Shown here: in pieces, positions 30,571-41,579 of the stretch
How the letters are laid out: every line of letters begins with the position of its first letter
How positions within the stretch are numbered: the first letter of the stretch is position 1
DNA from: Muribaculaceae bacterium
Lineage (GTDB): Bacteria > Bacteroidota > Bacteroidia > Bacteroidales > Muribaculaceae
Direction: 5' to 3'
NCBI GenBank assembly: GCA_017483645.1
Contig: JAFUWD010000054.1
Coordinates: 1,627-65,626, forward strand
Length of the DNA: 64,000 nucleotides
Notes under the pieces: model-generated
Told to the model about the DNA's origin: nothing
What the model saw: the letters and a program-made list of their open reading frames with translations, nothing else
The model's database searches: none
Program-made: the position numbers and the translations under genes

Positions 30571-31038
30571 ATGATTGACAAGCAAGAGTTGACTGGTGTG
30601 ATAGAGGCCGAGCTGGCAGGAAGCGATTTGTTTGTGGTGCAGGTGACTGTGAGCCGCGACAACATTGTGGAAGTGTTGCTCGACACCATGAGTGAGGGTG
30701 TTACCATCGACGACTGCGTGCGGGTGAACAACGCCGTGCTGGCGGCCTTCGACCGCGACGTGGAGGATTACGAACTCACCGTGGGCAGTTATGGCATCAG
30801 CTCACCGCTGCTCCTTCCCAGGCAATACGAGAAAAACCTGGGCGGCGAGGTGGAGGTGCTCACCGCCGATGGTCGCAAGCTCAAGGGCGTGCTCAGCCAG
30901 GCCGGTGAGGAAACCTTCACCGTCGATGTGCCCACCAAAGTGAAGGTGGAGGGGAAAAAACGCCCCGAGATTCAGGCGCTGCCAGTGGTGCTGCGATATG
31001 ACGAAATCAAATACACTAAAAATATCATAAAAGTTTAA
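30571..31038 (+). CDS. rimP: Ribosome maturation factor RimP
   Basis: GVTIDDC, DYELTVGSYG, QYEKNLG; first gene before nusA. Confidence 0.92.
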   Translation: MIDKQELTGVIEAELAGSDLFVVQVTVSRDNIVEVLLDTMSEGVTIDDCVRVNNAVLAAFDRDVEDYELTVGSYGISSPLLLPRQYEKNLGGEVEVLTADGRKLKGVLSQAGEETFTVDVPTKVKVEGKKRPEIQALPVVLRYDEIKYTKNIIKV

Positions 31039-31044
31039 TAACAC

Positions 31045-32301
31045 ATGGCTAAGAGAGAAGAAGCGGTCAACATGACCGACCAGTTTGCTGAGTTCAAAGA
31101 GTTGAAGAACATCGACAAAACCACGCTCATCAGCGTGCTCGAGGAGTCGTTTCGCTCGGTGCTGGCCAAGATGTTTGGCAACGACGACAATTTCGATGTG
31201 ATTGTCAACCCCGACAAGGGCGACTGCGAGATTTATCAAAATCTGGAGGTGGTGCCTGACGGCGAGGTGGAGAATCCTAACAAGGAAATCTCGCTGAGCG
31301 ACGCTCAGGCCGATGACGACCCCGACTGCGAGGTGGGTGAGGAGCACACCCGCAAGATTGACTTTGCCAAGTTTGGCCGCCGCGCCATCCTGAACCTTCG
31401 CCAGACCTTGGCCAGCAAGATTTTGGATCTTCAGAAGGACGCCATTTTCAATAAGTTCAAGGCCATCGAGGGTCAGCTCGTTGCCGGCGAGGTGTATCAA
31501 GTGTGGAAGCGCGAGGTGCTGCTGCTCGACGACGAGAAAAACGAACTGTTGCTGCCCAAAGACCAGCAAATTCCCACCGACGTCTATCGCAAGGGCGAGA
31601 CGGTGCGTGCCGTCATCTACAATGTGGACAACAAGAATAATAATCCCAAGATTATCGTGTCGCGCACCGACGAGAATTTCCTGCGCCGCCTCTTTGAGCT
31701 GGAGGTGCCCGAGATTCACGACGGCCTGATAGTGATTCGTGCCGTGGCCCGTATCCCGGGTGAGCGCGCCAAGATTGCCGTGGAGAGCTACGACGACCGC
31801 ATCGATCCCGTGGGCGCATGCGTGGGTGTGAAGGGCAGCCGTATTCATGGCATCGTGCGCGAGTTGCGCAACGAGAACATAGATGTCATCAATTACACCA
31901 ACAATCCCCAGCTGCTCATCCAGCGTGCGCTGAGCCCCGCTAAAATATCGTCGATTCGCCTTGATGAGGAAACCAAGAAGGCCGAGGTGTTCCTGCGCCC
32001 CGAGGAGGTGTCGCTGGCCATCGGCAAAGGCGGCTTGAACATCAAGCTGGCTTCGATGCTCACGGGCTATGCAATCGATGTATACCGTGACATAGAGAGC
32101 GAAGGCGAGGAAGACATCTATCTCGATGAGTTCAAGGATGAAATCGACGAGTGGGTAATCGAGGCTCTGAAGGATATGGGCTGTGCCACCGCCAAGTCGG
32201 TGCTGCGCACCCCGCGTGAAGAGCTCATCGAGAAGGCCGATTTGGAAGAGGACACTGTCGACAATCTGCTGGCTGTGCTGCAAGCCGAGTTCGACGAGTA
32301 A
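31045..32301 (+). CDS. nusA: Transcription termination factor NusA
   Basis: FGRRAI, S1 and KH domains, ARIPGERAK, DPVGACVG, AIGKGGLNIKLA. Confidence 0.97.
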   Translation: MAKREEAVNMTDQFAEFKELKNIDKTTLISVLEESFRSVLAKMFGNDDNFDVIVNPDKGDCEIYQNLEVVPDGEVENPNKEISLSDAQADDDPDCEVGEEHTRKIDFAKFGRRAILNLRQTLASKILDLQKDAIFNKFKAIEGQLVAGEVYQVWKREVLLLDDEKNELLLPKDQQIPTDVYRKGETVRAVIYNVDNKNNNPKIIVSRTDENFLRRLFELEVPEIHDGLIVIRAVARIPGERAKIAVESYDDRIDPVGACVGVKGSRIHGIVRELRNENIDVINYTNNPQLLIQRALSPAKISSIRLDEETKKAEVFLRPEEVSLAIGKGGLNIKLASMLTGYAIDVYRDIESEGEEDIYLDEFKDEIDEWVIEALKDMGCATAKSVLRTPREELIEKADLEEDTVDNLLAVLQAEFDE

Positions 32302-32355
32302 TCAAAATTCACAATCACACCAATCAAGAGGAAACTAAATCACAACATTGCGCTT

Positions 32356-35145
32356 ATGCCAATAAAAATAAGTAAAGTAATCAAAGATTTAAACGTAGGG
32401 AGTACCACTATTCAGGATTTCCTCCGCAAGAAAGGTATCGAAATCGACACCTCGAATGTGAATGTGCGCATCGCCGACGATGTGTACGACATTCTCGTGA
32501 AAGAATTCCGGCCCGACATGGACCAAAAAATCAAGAGCGAGAAGCAAACCAAGGAGCGCCAGCAAAAGAAAAAAGATGAGGCGCCCAAGGTGGAGGAAAT
32601 CAGGACGGTGATTCCCGGGCAGAAACCGAAAATTTTGGGAAAAATCGACCTTGACAAAGCCGGTAAACCACAGCCCAAAGTGGAAGAGAAGCCTGTCCCC
32701 GAGGCTCCTGCCAAGCCCGAGGTGAAGCCTGAGGTGAAACCTGAATCCAGGCCCGAGGTCAAGGTCGAGCCGCAGCCCAAGGTGGAGGAGAAGCCAACCA
32801 AGCCCGCAGTGGAGCAGCCTCAGACTCCGGCCGAGCCCAAGAAAGAAGTTGAGCCCAAGCCTGAGCCTGAGCAAGAGAAACCGATAACTCAAGAGCCTGT
32901 TCAGCCCGAGAAACCTGCCGAACCCGAGGTGTTTAAGCTGGGCAAGCCCGAAGGCCCCACGCTCAACGTGGTGGGCAAAATCGACCTCGACGCGCTCAAC
33001 CAGCAGACCCGTCCCAAAAAGAAGACAAAAGAGGAGAAACGCAACGAGCGCATCGCCAAGGCGCAGGGTTCTGAAGCCGGCAAGAAGAAGCGTAAACGCA
33101 TCGGCAAGGAGAAAATCGACGTCGACAAGGCGGCCGCCCAGCAGCAGAGCCAGCCGCAATCCGGCAAGAGCAAAGGCGGCCAGCAGCCGAATGCCGACGG
33201 TGGCAAGCGCAAGGACAAGAAGAAGCGTCCTTTCAAGCCCGAGGTGAGCGAGGAAGATGTGCAGCGCCAAGTGAAAGAGACACTGGCACGCCTCACCACC
33301 AAGGCACCGAAGAAAGCCGCCAAGTGGCGTAAAGAGAAACGCGAGGCGGTGCGTGAGGAAGAGCGCGAAGTGGCTGCACAAGCCGCAGCTGAGCGCAAGG
33401 TGCTGAAACTCACTGAGTTTGTGACCGCCAATGACTTGGCTGCCATGATGGATATTCCGGTGAACAAAGTCATCGGCACTTGCATGAGTTTGGGTGTGAT
33501 GGTGTCCATCAACCAGCGTCTCGATGCTGAGACTATCAATATTGTGGCCGATGAGTTCGGCTTTAAGACCGAATACACCAGTGCCGAGGTGGTCGAGGCC
33601 ATCCACGACGAGGCCGACGCCCCCGAGGACCTGGTGGAGCGCTCGCCGGTGGTCACCGTGATGGGTCATGTGGACCACGGCAAAACTTCGCTGCTCGACT
33701 ACATCCGCAACACCAACGTCATCGCTGGAGAGGCGGGTGGCATCACCCAGCACATCGGTGCTTATAATGTGAAACTCAAGAGCGGACGCCGCATCACGTT
33801 CCTCGACACCCCCGGTCACGCGGCATTCACCGCCATGCGTGCCCGTGGTGCCAAGGTCACCGACATTGTGATTGTGATTGTGGCTGCCGACGACAATGTG
33901 ATGCCGCAAACGGTGGAGGCGTTGAGCCATGCCAGCGCGGCAGGCGTGCCCATCATCTTTGCCATCAACAAGATTGACAAGCCTGGCGCCAACCCCGAGA
34001 AAATCAAGGAAGAACTGGCAGGCATGAACTATCTGGTGGAAGACTGGGGCGGCAAATACCAGAGCCAGGACATCTCGGCCAAGAAAGGCACGGGCGTGTA
34101 CGAACTGCTCGAAAAAGTGCTGCTCGAGGCCGACCTGCTCGAACTGAAAGCCAACCCCAACCGTAAGGCCACCGGCTCGATTATTGAGTCGTCGCTCGAC
34201 AAGGGTCGTGGCTATGTAGCCACCGTGCTCGTCGATAACGGCACCCTGCGTGTGGGCGACATCGTGCTCGCCGGAACACATTACGGAAAGGTAAAGGCCA
34301 TGTTCAATGAGCGCAACCAGCGCATTACCGAGGCCGGACCGGCTTCACCCGCCCTCATCTTGGGCTTGAACGGCGCTCCCACGGCCGGCGACAAGTTCAA
34401 TGTGATGGACACCGACCAGGAGGCCCGTCAGATTGCCAACAAGCGCGAGCAACTGCAGCGCGAGCTGGGCCTGCGCACACAGAAGCGCGTCACGCTCGAG
34501 GATATCGGCCGTCGTCGCGCGCTGGGCGATTTCCACGAGCTGAATATCATCGTCAAGGGCGATGTGGACGGCTCTATCGAGGCGTTGAGCGACTCGCTCA
34601 TCAAGCTGTCGACCCCCGAGGTGCAGGTCAACGTCATCCACAAGGCTGTGGGTGCCATCACCGAGAGCGATGTGACCCTGGCCGCTGCCAGCGATGCCTA
34701 TATCGTGGGCTTCCAGGTGCGTCCCAGCGGCGATGCCAAGCGACTGGCGGCGCAGGAGGGTGTGGACATCCGCATCTACTCCATTATCTACGATGCCATC
34801 GAGGAGGTGAAGAGCGCTATGGAAGGTATGCTCCAGCCCGACATCAAGGAGGAGGTGAGTGGTAGCGCCGAGGTGCGCCAGGTGTACCATATCAGCAAAG
34901 TGGGCACTATTGCGGGCGCCATGGTCACCGAAGGAAAAATCAAGCGGCAGTGCAAGGTGCGCGTGATTCGCGACGGCATTGTGATTTTCACTGGCAACCT
35001 GGCTTCGCTCAAGCGCTTCAAGGACGATGTGAAGGAGGTGGCCAGCGGTTACGACTGCGGTCTGAGCATCCAGAGCTACAACGACCTGGTGGAAGGCGAC
35101 ATAATCGAGGCATTCGAGGAAATCGAAGTCCACAAGACATTATAA
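32356..35145 (+). CDS. infB: Translation initiation factor IF-2
   Basis: [28 protein letters not shown] motifs; SLKRFKDDV. Confidence 0.98.
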   Translation: MPIKISKVIKDLNVGSTTIQDFLRKKGIEIDTSNVNVRIADDVYDILVKEFRPDMDQKIKSEKQTKERQQKKKDEAPKVEEIRTVIPGQKPKILGKIDLDKAGKPQPKVEEKPVPEAPAKPEVKPEVKPESRPEVKVEPQPKVEEKPTKPAVEQPQTPAEPKKEVEPKPEPEQEKPITQEPVQPEKPAEPEVFKLGKPEGPTLNVVGKIDLDALNQQTRPKKKTKEEKRNERIAKAQGSEAGKKKRKRIGKEKIDVDKAAAQQQSQPQSGKSKGGQQPNADGGKRKDKKKRPFKPEVSEEDVQRQVKETLARLTTKAPKKAAKWRKEKREAVREEEREVAAQAAAERKVLKLTEFVTANDLAAMMDIPVNKVIGTCMSLGVMVSINQRLDAETINIVADEFGFKTEYTSAEVVEAIHDEADAPEDLVERSPVVTVMGHVDHGKTSLLDYIRNTNVIAGEAGGITQHIGAYNVKLKSGRRITFLDTPGHAAFTAMRARGAKVTDIVIVIVAADDNVMPQTVEALSHASAAGVPIIFAINKIDKPGANPEKIKEELAGMNYLVEDWGGKYQSQDISAKKGTGVYELLEKVLLEADLLELKANPNRKATGSIIESSLDKGRGYVATVLVDNGTLRVGDIVLAGTHYGKVKAMFNERNQRITEAGPASPALILGLNGAPTAGDKFNVMDTDQEARQIANKREQLQRELGLRTQKRVTLEDIGRRRALGDFHELNIIVKGDVDGSIEALSDSLIKLSTPEVQVNVIHKAVGAITESDVTLAAASDAYIVGFQVRPSGDAKRLAAQEGVDIRIYSIIYDAIEEVKSAMEGMLQPDIKEEVSGSAEVRQVYHISKVGTIAGAMVTEGKIKRQCKVRVIRDGIVIFTGNLASLKRFKDDVKEVASGYDCGLSIQSYNDLVEGDIIEAFEEIEVHKTL

Positions 35146-35155
35146 TGTTACAAGT

Positions 35156-35192
35156 GAGTGCCGGGTGACGTAAGCCATCCGGCACTCTTTCT
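35156..35192 (+). terminator. Intrinsic terminator after infB
   Basis: GAGTGCCGG...CCGGCACTC stem followed by TTTCT. Confidence 0.65.
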
Positions 35193-35211
35193 ATATGCCT
35201 CATTTCGTTTT

Positions 35212-35652
35212 ATGCGCTATTATCTGAACATAGGAAGCAATCTGGGCGACCGATGGGCCAACTTGTATGGAGCCATCGTGGCGTTGGCGCGAGGTGCCGG
35301 CGGATGGTGCCTGCTGAGTGATGTGGTGCGGAGCGACCCTTGGGGCTTCGAGAGCGCCAACGGCTTTCTCAACGTGGGCGTGGCCATCGACAGCGACCAT
35401 GAGCCGATGGCTGTGCTGCGGTGGATACAAAGCATTGAGCGTGCTCTGGGCAGTGCCGCTCATCGTGATGCGCAGGGTGGCTATGTGGACCGTGTGGTCG
35501 ACATCGACATCATGGCCATCGACAGCGACCCCGGTGTCGACGGTCGGCGTTCTGAGATTGTGATTGACACCGACATACTAAAGACGCCCCACCAGCATCT
35601 GGCGGAGCGTCCGTTTTTCATGAAGCCTTTGCAGCAATTACGGAGCCGGTGA
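35212..35652 (+). CDS. folK: 2-amino-4-hydroxy-6-hydroxymethyldihydropteridine diphosphokinase
   Basis: LNIGSNLG, FLN, IERALG, DRVVDIDI, PH...ERPF. Confidence 0.88.
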   Translation: MRYYLNIGSNLGDRWANLYGAIVALARGAGGWCLLSDVVRSDPWGFESANGFLNVGVAIDSDHEPMAVLRWIQSIERALGSAAHRDAQGGYVDRVVDIDIMAIDSDPGVDGRRSEIVIDTDILKTPHQHLAERPFFMKPLQQLRSR

Positions 35653-35653
35653 A

Positions 35654-37174
35654 TCAGCGGGCCACTTTTTCCAGGCGACGCATCATGATGAACATGAATG
35701 CGGCCGATACCAGGCACACCCCGATAAAAACACTCCACACTTGCCACAGCGGGAGGTCGCCCCACAGGTAGCCACCCACACTCACCAGGAAGTTGCCGAT
35801 GGCAGTGCTGGCAAACCAGCCGCCCATCATCAGACCCTTGAGCTTGGGAGGAGCCACCTTGGTGACGAAAGAAATTCCCATGGGCGACAGCAACAGCTCG
35901 CCAAAAGTGAGCACAAGATAGGTGCTGATGAGCCAGTTGGGCGATACCAGTGCGGCGGTGCCTGCGGCGGCTTGTTCGTTAGGCGTAGGCAGGCCCATGG
36001 AGCCAAGCACCATAATCAGATAGGCAGCGGCGGCCACCAGCATGCCCAGCGCAATTTTGCGCGGGGCGCTCGGTTCCTTGCCCTTGCGTGCCAGCCATCC
36101 GAAGACGGCCATCGACACCGGTGTGAGCGCCACCACAAAACAGGGATTGAATTGCTGGAAGATGGGGGCGTCGATAGCGGTGCTTGCGGGCAGAGAGAAA
36201 TAGCGCGCCACCAGCACGGCCACAGCCGCCACAATCACGGCAAGGGAGATGTTGCGGCGCTTGGCCGTCTTGCTCTCCCAGACCGAAAAAGCCGCATAGA
36301 CGATGATGATGCCCATCACCAGGTTCCACACGTCGAAGGCCATGCTTTGCAGGCCGCTTGTCGACTTCACGGTGAACTCGTTGGCAAAGAAGGTGAGCGT
36401 GAGCCCGTTCTGATGGAAGGCCATCCAGAAGAATATCACCACGATAAACACCAGGATGAGTGCCACCACACGCCGTGTGGTGTCGCCGGCCGGAAGGTCG
36501 GCAGCGGTGGCCTGCTTGTCGTCGTTTTTCTTGCTGCGGCTGCTCACCTCGGTGTGGCGGAAAGTGCTGCGGAAAGCGTAAAAGATAGCTATTGAAACGA
36601 TGAGCGACAGGCACGCCACTCCGAAGGCGAAGTGATAAGAGTCGGCTTCGCTCACGCCGAGCGACGTCTGTGCCCATTCCATGATTTTCACCGCCGCCGT
36701 GGGAGCAAACATGGCGCCAATGTTGATGGCCATATAGAAGATACTGAAGGCCGCGTCGCGGCGGTCGCTGTAGCGCGGGTCGTCGTAGAGGTTACCCACC
36801 ATCACTTGCAGGTTGCCCTTGAACAGGCCTGTGCCCACACTGATGAGCAGCAAGGCCCCCATCATTGCCCAGAGCGCCACATTGTCGCCGCCCAGGGGCA
36901 CCGACAGCGCCACATATCCCAAAAACATCACCAGGATGCCTGTGGTGACCATGCGTCCGTAGCCGAAAAGGTCGGCCAGCACGCCGCCAATCACCGGCAG
37001 GAAATAGACCAGCATCAAGAAGCTGCTGTAAATCAAGCCCGCCTTTCCGGCGTCGAGCCCGAAGTTCGCCCGCAGAAACAGGGCAAACACGGCAATCATC
37101 GTATAATAGCCAAAGCGCTCGCCGGTGTTGGCAAGCGCTAAAGCATATAATCCTTTTGGTTGGTTCTCAAACAT
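35654..37174 (-). CDS. POT/PTR family proton-dependent oligopeptide transporter
   Basis: GERFGYY, GTGLFKGN, FYMAINIG, GELLLSPMG. Confidence 0.92.
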   Translation of the reverse strand: MFENQPKGLYALALANTGERFGYYTMIAVFALFLRANFGLDAGKAGLIYSSFLMLVYFLPVIGGVLADLFGYGRMVTTGILVMFLGYVALSVPLGGDNVALWAMMGALLLISVGTGLFKGNLQVMVGNLYDDPRYSDRRDAAFSIFYMAINIGAMFAPTAAVKIMEWAQTSLGVSEADSYHFAFGVACLSLIVSIAIFYAFRSTFRHTEVSSRSKKNDDKQATAADLPAGDTTRRVVALILVFIVVIFFWMAFHQNGLTLTFFANEFTVKSTSGLQSMAFDVWNLVMGIIIVYAAFSVWESKTAKRRNISLAVIVAAVAVLVARYFSLPASTAIDAPIFQQFNPCFVVALTPVSMAVFGWLARKGKEPSAPRKIALGMLVAAAAYLIMVLGSMGLPTPNEQAAAGTAALVSPNWLISTYLVLTFGELLLSPMGISFVTKVAPPKLKGLMMGGWFASTAIGNFLVSVGGYLWGDLPLWQVWSVFIGVCLVSAAFMFIMMRRLEKVAR

Positions 37175-37183
37175 ATCGTGGAA

Positions 37184-38755
37184 TTATTTGGTGACGCGTT
37201 CCAGCCACTTGACCATGCCCCACATCACGCCCATGGCGATGAAGCAGATGATTAAGAACACAGCCCAGCACATCCACAATTTGGGCATGCCGTTGAGCAT
37301 GACCGGGCCAATCCAGATAAACAGGTTGCCCAGCGCCGTGGCTCCCAGCCACAGGCCCTGGCAGATGCCTTGCAAGTGCTTGGGGGCAATTTTTGAGACA
37401 AACGACAGGCCCAGCGGGGAGATGAACAGCTCGGCCACAGTCAGGAAGAAGTAGGTGGCTATCAGCACCCACCATTGTGACTTCATGGCTTCCTGCTGTG
37501 CGATGTCCATGGCGCGGAAGTCGGTGCCGTTGGGGTAGTCGTAAGCCATGCTCAGCACCATCAGGGACAGATAGGCCAGGCCGGTGATGAACATACCGAT
37601 GACAATCTTGCGTGGTGTGGAGATGGCACGTCCGGCGCGGGTCATGGCGGCAAAGATGGCCATGATGATGGGCGTGAGCACAATCACGAAGAACGGGTTC
37701 ACAGCTTGCCAAATCTCGGGTGCGATGGTGTCGGTGATAACATAGTCGCGGGCGAACACCGACAGTGATTGGCCGTTCTGGTGGAACGACAGCCAGAAGA
37801 ACACGCACACACCCAGCACAGCAAACAGGGCATACATGCGCTGCTTGATTTCCTTGGCCATCGAGGCCTTCTCCTCGGGGGTGTATTCCACTGCGGCGAC
37901 CGCCTCTTTCTTGGCGGGAGTGGGGAAGAGTTTCTTGTAGGCCATGAAAATAGCCAGCGAGATGAACATGGCCACGACCGAGGCGATGAATGAGTAGTGG
38001 ACACCGGTGTTGAACACTTCCAGATAGCTGTTGCAAGCGGTGTTCATGTCGGCCACGGCGTTGGGATTGGCCTTGGTCATCAGTTGCGTCAGGTTGGTCA
38101 TCTGCTCACTGGTCATCGTGGCGGCATCGTTGAGGTACTGGTGGCACAAGGCGGGCAGGCCGGCATCGTAGACCATGCCTTTCACGCCCAGCCACCACTG
38201 ACGCAGCAGCGGAGCCACAAATGGCGCAACCAGGCCGCCGATATTGATAAACACATAGAAAATCTGGAAACCGCTGTCGCGGCGCTCCTTGATTTCTTTG
38301 AGTTCGTCATCTTTGACACCGCGTGCCACGGCATCGGCTTCCATGTTGTCGTACATCTGCCCCACGATAGCCTGCAGGTTGCCCTTGAACAAGCCGTTGC
38401 CGAAGGCTATCAGGAACAGGGCCACGCAGGTGAAGACCAGCAGCCACATGTGGTTGCCGGCCGAGTGCACAACGGGTATCGACAGCAGCACGTAGCCCAC
38501 GGCCATGATGACAAGACCCCACTGGATGGTGCTTTTGTAGTTCTGCGTGCGGTCGGCAATCAGACCGCCCACCAGGCTCAGCACATAGATTCCGGCATAG
38601 AACACAGCGTAGATGCCGCCGGCCAGGCCCTCATCGAGGCCGAATTTTGAGCACAAGAACAGCAGCAGCACTGCGTTCATGATGTAATAACCAAACCGCT
38701 CGCCCATGTTGCTCAGGGCGGCGGGGATTAGTCCTTTAGGATGATTTTTGAACAT
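37184..38755 (-). CDS. POT/PTR family proton-dependent oligopeptide transporter
   Basis: GERFGYY, GNGLFKGN, FYVFINIG, AELFISPLG. Confidence 0.92.
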   Translation of the reverse strand: MFKNHPKGLIPAALSNMGERFGYYIMNAVLLLFLCSKFGLDEGLAGGIYAVFYAGIYVLSLVGGLIADRTQNYKSTIQWGLVIMAVGYVLLSIPVVHSAGNHMWLLVFTCVALFLIAFGNGLFKGNLQAIVGQMYDNMEADAVARGVKDDELKEIKERRDSGFQIFYVFINIGGLVAPFVAPLLRQWWLGVKGMVYDAGLPALCHQYLNDAATMTSEQMTNLTQLMTKANPNAVADMNTACNSYLEVFNTGVHYSFIASVVAMFISLAIFMAYKKLFPTPAKKEAVAAVEYTPEEKASMAKEIKQRMYALFAVLGVCVFFWLSFHQNGQSLSVFARDYVITDTIAPEIWQAVNPFFVIVLTPIIMAIFAAMTRAGRAISTPRKIVIGMFITGLAYLSLMVLSMAYDYPNGTDFRAMDIAQQEAMKSQWWVLIATYFFLTVAELFISPLGLSFVSKIAPKHLQGICQGLWLGATALGNLFIWIGPVMLNGMPKLWMCWAVFLIICFIAMGVMWGMVKWLERVTK

Positions 38756-38789
38756 AATGATTATGGTTTTTTAGGTGTTGAGATTTCGT

Positions 38790-39218
38790 TTAAGCGTTGT
38801 CGGCCATCGTGTAGGCCAGTGCGTAGGAGCGGATTTTTTTTACCATGGCCACCAGGCCGTTGCTGCGCGTGGGCGACAGGTGGTCGTGCAGCCCGATGCG
38901 GTCGATGAAATAGAGGTCGGCTTCCAGAATGTCGTGTGGTGGCTGCCCGTCGAGCACGCGCACCAGCATCGACACGATGCCCTTCACGATGAGTGCGTCG
39001 CTGTCGGCCTGCAGCTTGAGGGTGCCGTCCACCATGTCGGCCTGAAGCCACACCCGGCTTTGGCAACCGTCAATCAGGTTGTCGGGCGTTTTGTACTGCT
39101 CATCGAGTGCAGGCATGGCATTGCCCAGGTCGATGATGTAGGCATAGCGGTCCATCCAGTCGTCAAGACCCTCAAATTCCTCGATTATTTCGTCTTGCAA
39201 TTCGTTGATTGTAGCCAT
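38790..39218 (-). CDS. sufE: Fe-S assembly sulfur acceptor SufE
   Basis: WMDRYAYIIDLG, GCQSRVW, ADSDALIVKG, LSPTRSNG. Confidence 0.93.
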   Translation of the reverse strand: MATINELQDEIIEEFEGLDDWMDRYAYIIDLGNAMPALDEQYKTPDNLIDGCQSRVWLQADMVDGTLKLQADSDALIVKGIVSMLVRVLDGQPPHDILEADLYFIDRIGLHDHLSPTRSNGLVAMVKKIRSYALAYTMADNA

Positions 39219-39438
39219 GAAATCATGTTTTTCAAAACCGAAATCCAAAATTACTGCAAGTTGAGCGAAAATGCAAATTTATTTGCGATTTTCCGAAACG
39301 CCGCGTCATTTCGCACCTCTGCCACATAATTTGTCCCCGGCCATGGGGGAGCGGTTGTACGGCGGTGCTGGTGACGTTTTCTATATTATATATTGTACGC
39401 GTAGCGCGTTTGGTGCTTCGCTCGGGCGAAGGTGCATG

Positions 39439-39476
39439 CAAAAAAGCAGGGGATGCCATGAGCGGCATCCCCTGCT
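39439..39476 (-). terminator. Intrinsic terminator of the ppiD-like gene
   Basis: 13-bp perfect stem AGCAGGGGATGCC/GGCATCCCCTGCT followed by a T tract on the minus strand. Confidence 0.8.
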
Positions 39477-39503
39477 GTGTCCCTATGATTGGGTGATAGG
39501 AAA

Positions 39504-41579
39504 TCAATAGAAGTTGATAAGGCTCTTCTTGACCTTGGTGGCTTTGCTCAGGATGCCGTAGATGGCGCTGGGATTGGCCACGAGCGCTGCTCCGCGCGAT
39601 TGTGCGTAGCGGTTGTCGAGCTCTTCCTTGGTGGGCACGCGTTGTTCTTTCTCCTGCTTGACCACTTGGAAGACGTAGACGCCATTCTGGCCCTTCCACG
39701 GTCCCACGAGCTTGCCTTGCTGTGCGGCAGCGACGCGTCCCACGAGTCCCGGCTCGCCCTCGATTTTTGCAATCATGTCTTGAGCGAAGACCACTTGTGT
39801 GGTGTCGACTTGCGCGCCCATGATGCTTGCATAGCCTGCGAGGTCTTTTGCTTTGCCCTGGAACTGCTTCATCAGGTCATCGCCCTTCTTGGAGTTGCGC
39901 ACGCGGGTGGTGAGCATCTCTTTGACTTCCTTGACGTCGGCGCCGATGAATTCGGTGTCATAGACATCGTCCACAGCCACGGCCAGCAGCACATCGTTGT
40001 TGTCGCTGAAGATGGGCGACACGGTTCCCTTCTTGTTGTCGAAGGCCCACTTGATAGCCTTGCGGCTGTCCTTGATGCCCTGACGGGTGTATGGGTTCAT
40101 GCCCAGTTGCGGGGTGCTGGGGGTAATCATTGCCTCGGCGGCGTTGTAGCCGGCCTGGGCGGCATTCTTCTCGAAGTTGGCCACCGTCTTGTTCTTGTTC
40201 AGGAAGGCTTGGAACTTGTCGCGCAGGTCCTCGCTGGTCTTGGTGCTGGCGTAGGCCTCATAGGAGATGGTGGCCACGGTGTAGAAAGTCTTGGGGGCTT
40301 TCTTCTCGTTGACCTTCAGCAGCTGAGCGCCCTGGTCGCCTGCGAAGAGCACAAAGTAGTTGCTGCCGGCGTTGGCAATTTTGTTCTTGGTCGAGTCGGG
40401 CGCGCTGGCAATCTGTTGCCACAGGTCTTCCTGTGCTTGAGCGCCCTTGATGGCCTTGGCCACCTCGTCGGGGGTCTTGCCGCCATTGAGCATAGCCAGT
40501 GCACTGTCTTGTGTTTTCTTGTCGCCGGGAACGACCACCATGCTGATGTTGATGGAGTCGAGCGACACGCTCTTGCCGATGATCTTGTACATCTTGTAGC
40601 GGTTGTTCACCGGTTCGTCGCGCTTGGTGGCTCCGACGGTAGCGCTGGCGGCAAATTCCTTGACCGCTCCCGAGAACTTGTCGATGGGGTTCTTGACGGT
40701 GTCGATATTCACCTTGCCCAGAATTCTCACGCTGTCGATGCCGGTGCCTTTCTGCAAGGCTGCCCATGCCTCATCGGCCACCTTGGCGGCGGCTGCGATG
40801 TCGGCCTGCGACGGAGCGATGTTGACGGCGATGTAGTGCACGCGGCGGGTCTCCTCCTCAAGGCGGAACATGGGTTTGAGCTTGTTCCATTCGGCTTTGA
40901 TTTCGGCGTCGCTGACGGGATATTTGTCATCGGCGAGCGATGCGAAGTCCTTTTTGACAAAGTTAATGCTGGTGGTGGTGGCCTCGTCCTCGGTCATCTG
41001 CGCGCGGTCCAGGTCGTTGGCTTGGATGGCGCCGGCCAGCAGGGTTTGCAGTTTGTTGAACTTAATTTGCTGTGTGAGGTTGTCTTTGAGCTTGTTCCAC
41101 TCCTGCCTGAGCTCAATCACTTGCGATTCCTGAGCACCCATCTTGGCGGGATTGGTGATGAACTCATAGAGTTGTGCGGGTGTCTCGGCACCCACTTGCT
41201 GTGCAAACTGGACAACTGCCGGGGCGGCGTTTTTGCCAATCATGAGCTCGCTGATTTCGTTGTCGCTCACATAGATACCCACTTTTTCGTACTCTTGCTT
41301 GAGCAGCGTTTCGTTGATCATCTCTTCAAGCACTTGCTGCTGGCGGGTGGCTGCGTCGACCTGACGGTTCTGGTTCTGGTCTTGCGCGGCCTCTTGCTCC
41401 ACGCGTTTCTGGAAGGTCATGATGTCGATTTTCTCACTGCCCACTTTCACAGCGGTGCTGTTGCTTGCTTGGCGTCCGAGTGCCTCGACTCCCACCTCGA
41501 TGATGAAAGCGAGAAGAGCGGCGCCAATCACAATGGCAAGAATTTTCTTTCTTTGCCTAATTTTCTCTAATAGTGCCAT
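39504..41579 (-). CDS. ppiD: PpiD-like membrane-anchored periplasmic chaperone (SurA N-terminal domain)
   Basis: MALLEKIR, N-terminal TM, SurA_N-like ETLLKQEYEKVGIYVSDNE, KKGTVSPIF. Confidence 0.8.
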   Translation of the reverse strand: MALLEKIRQRKKILAIVIGAALLAFIIEVGVEALGRQASNSTAVKVGSEKIDIMTFQKRVEQEAAQDQNQNRQVDAATRQQQVLEEMINETLLKQEYEKVGIYVSDNEISELMIGKNAAPAVVQFAQQVGAETPAQLYEFITNPAKMGAQESQVIELRQEWNKLKDNLTQQIKFNKLQTLLAGAIQANDLDRAQMTEDEATTTSINFVKKDFASLADDKYPVSDAEIKAEWNKLKPMFRLEEETRRVHYIAVNIAPSQADIAAAAKVADEAWAALQKGTGIDSVRILGKVNIDTVKNPIDKFSGAVKEFAASATVGATKRDEPVNNRYKMYKIIGKSVSLDSINISMVVVPGDKKTQDSALAMLNGGKTPDEVAKAIKGAQAQEDLWQQIASAPDSTKNKIANAGSNYFVLFAGDQGAQLLKVNEKKAPKTFYTVATISYEAYASTKTSEDLRDKFQAFLNKNKTVANFEKNAAQAGYNAAEAMITPSTPQLGMNPYTRQGIKDSRKAIKWAFDNKKGTVSPIFSDNNDVLLAVAVDDVYDTEFIGADVKEVKEMLTTRVRNSKKGDDLMKQFQGKAKDLAGYASIMGAQVDTTQVVFAQDMIAKIEGEPGLVGRVAAAQQGKLVGPWKGQNGVYVFQVVKQEKEQRVPTKEELDNRYAQSRGAALVANPSAIYGILSKATKVKKSLINFY

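Noticed and set aside
32660-32940. Repetitive PEVK-like DNA in infB
   Set aside because: Ordinary low-complexity IF-2 linker, not a CRISPR array or mobile repeat
32389-34281. 630-aa antisense ORF inside infB
   Set aside because: Shadow ORF from GC-rich codon bias opposite a conserved gene; no protein motifs
39489-41570. 693-aa plus-strand ORF opposite the ppiD-like gene
   Set aside because: Mirror-frame shadow with no recognisable domains
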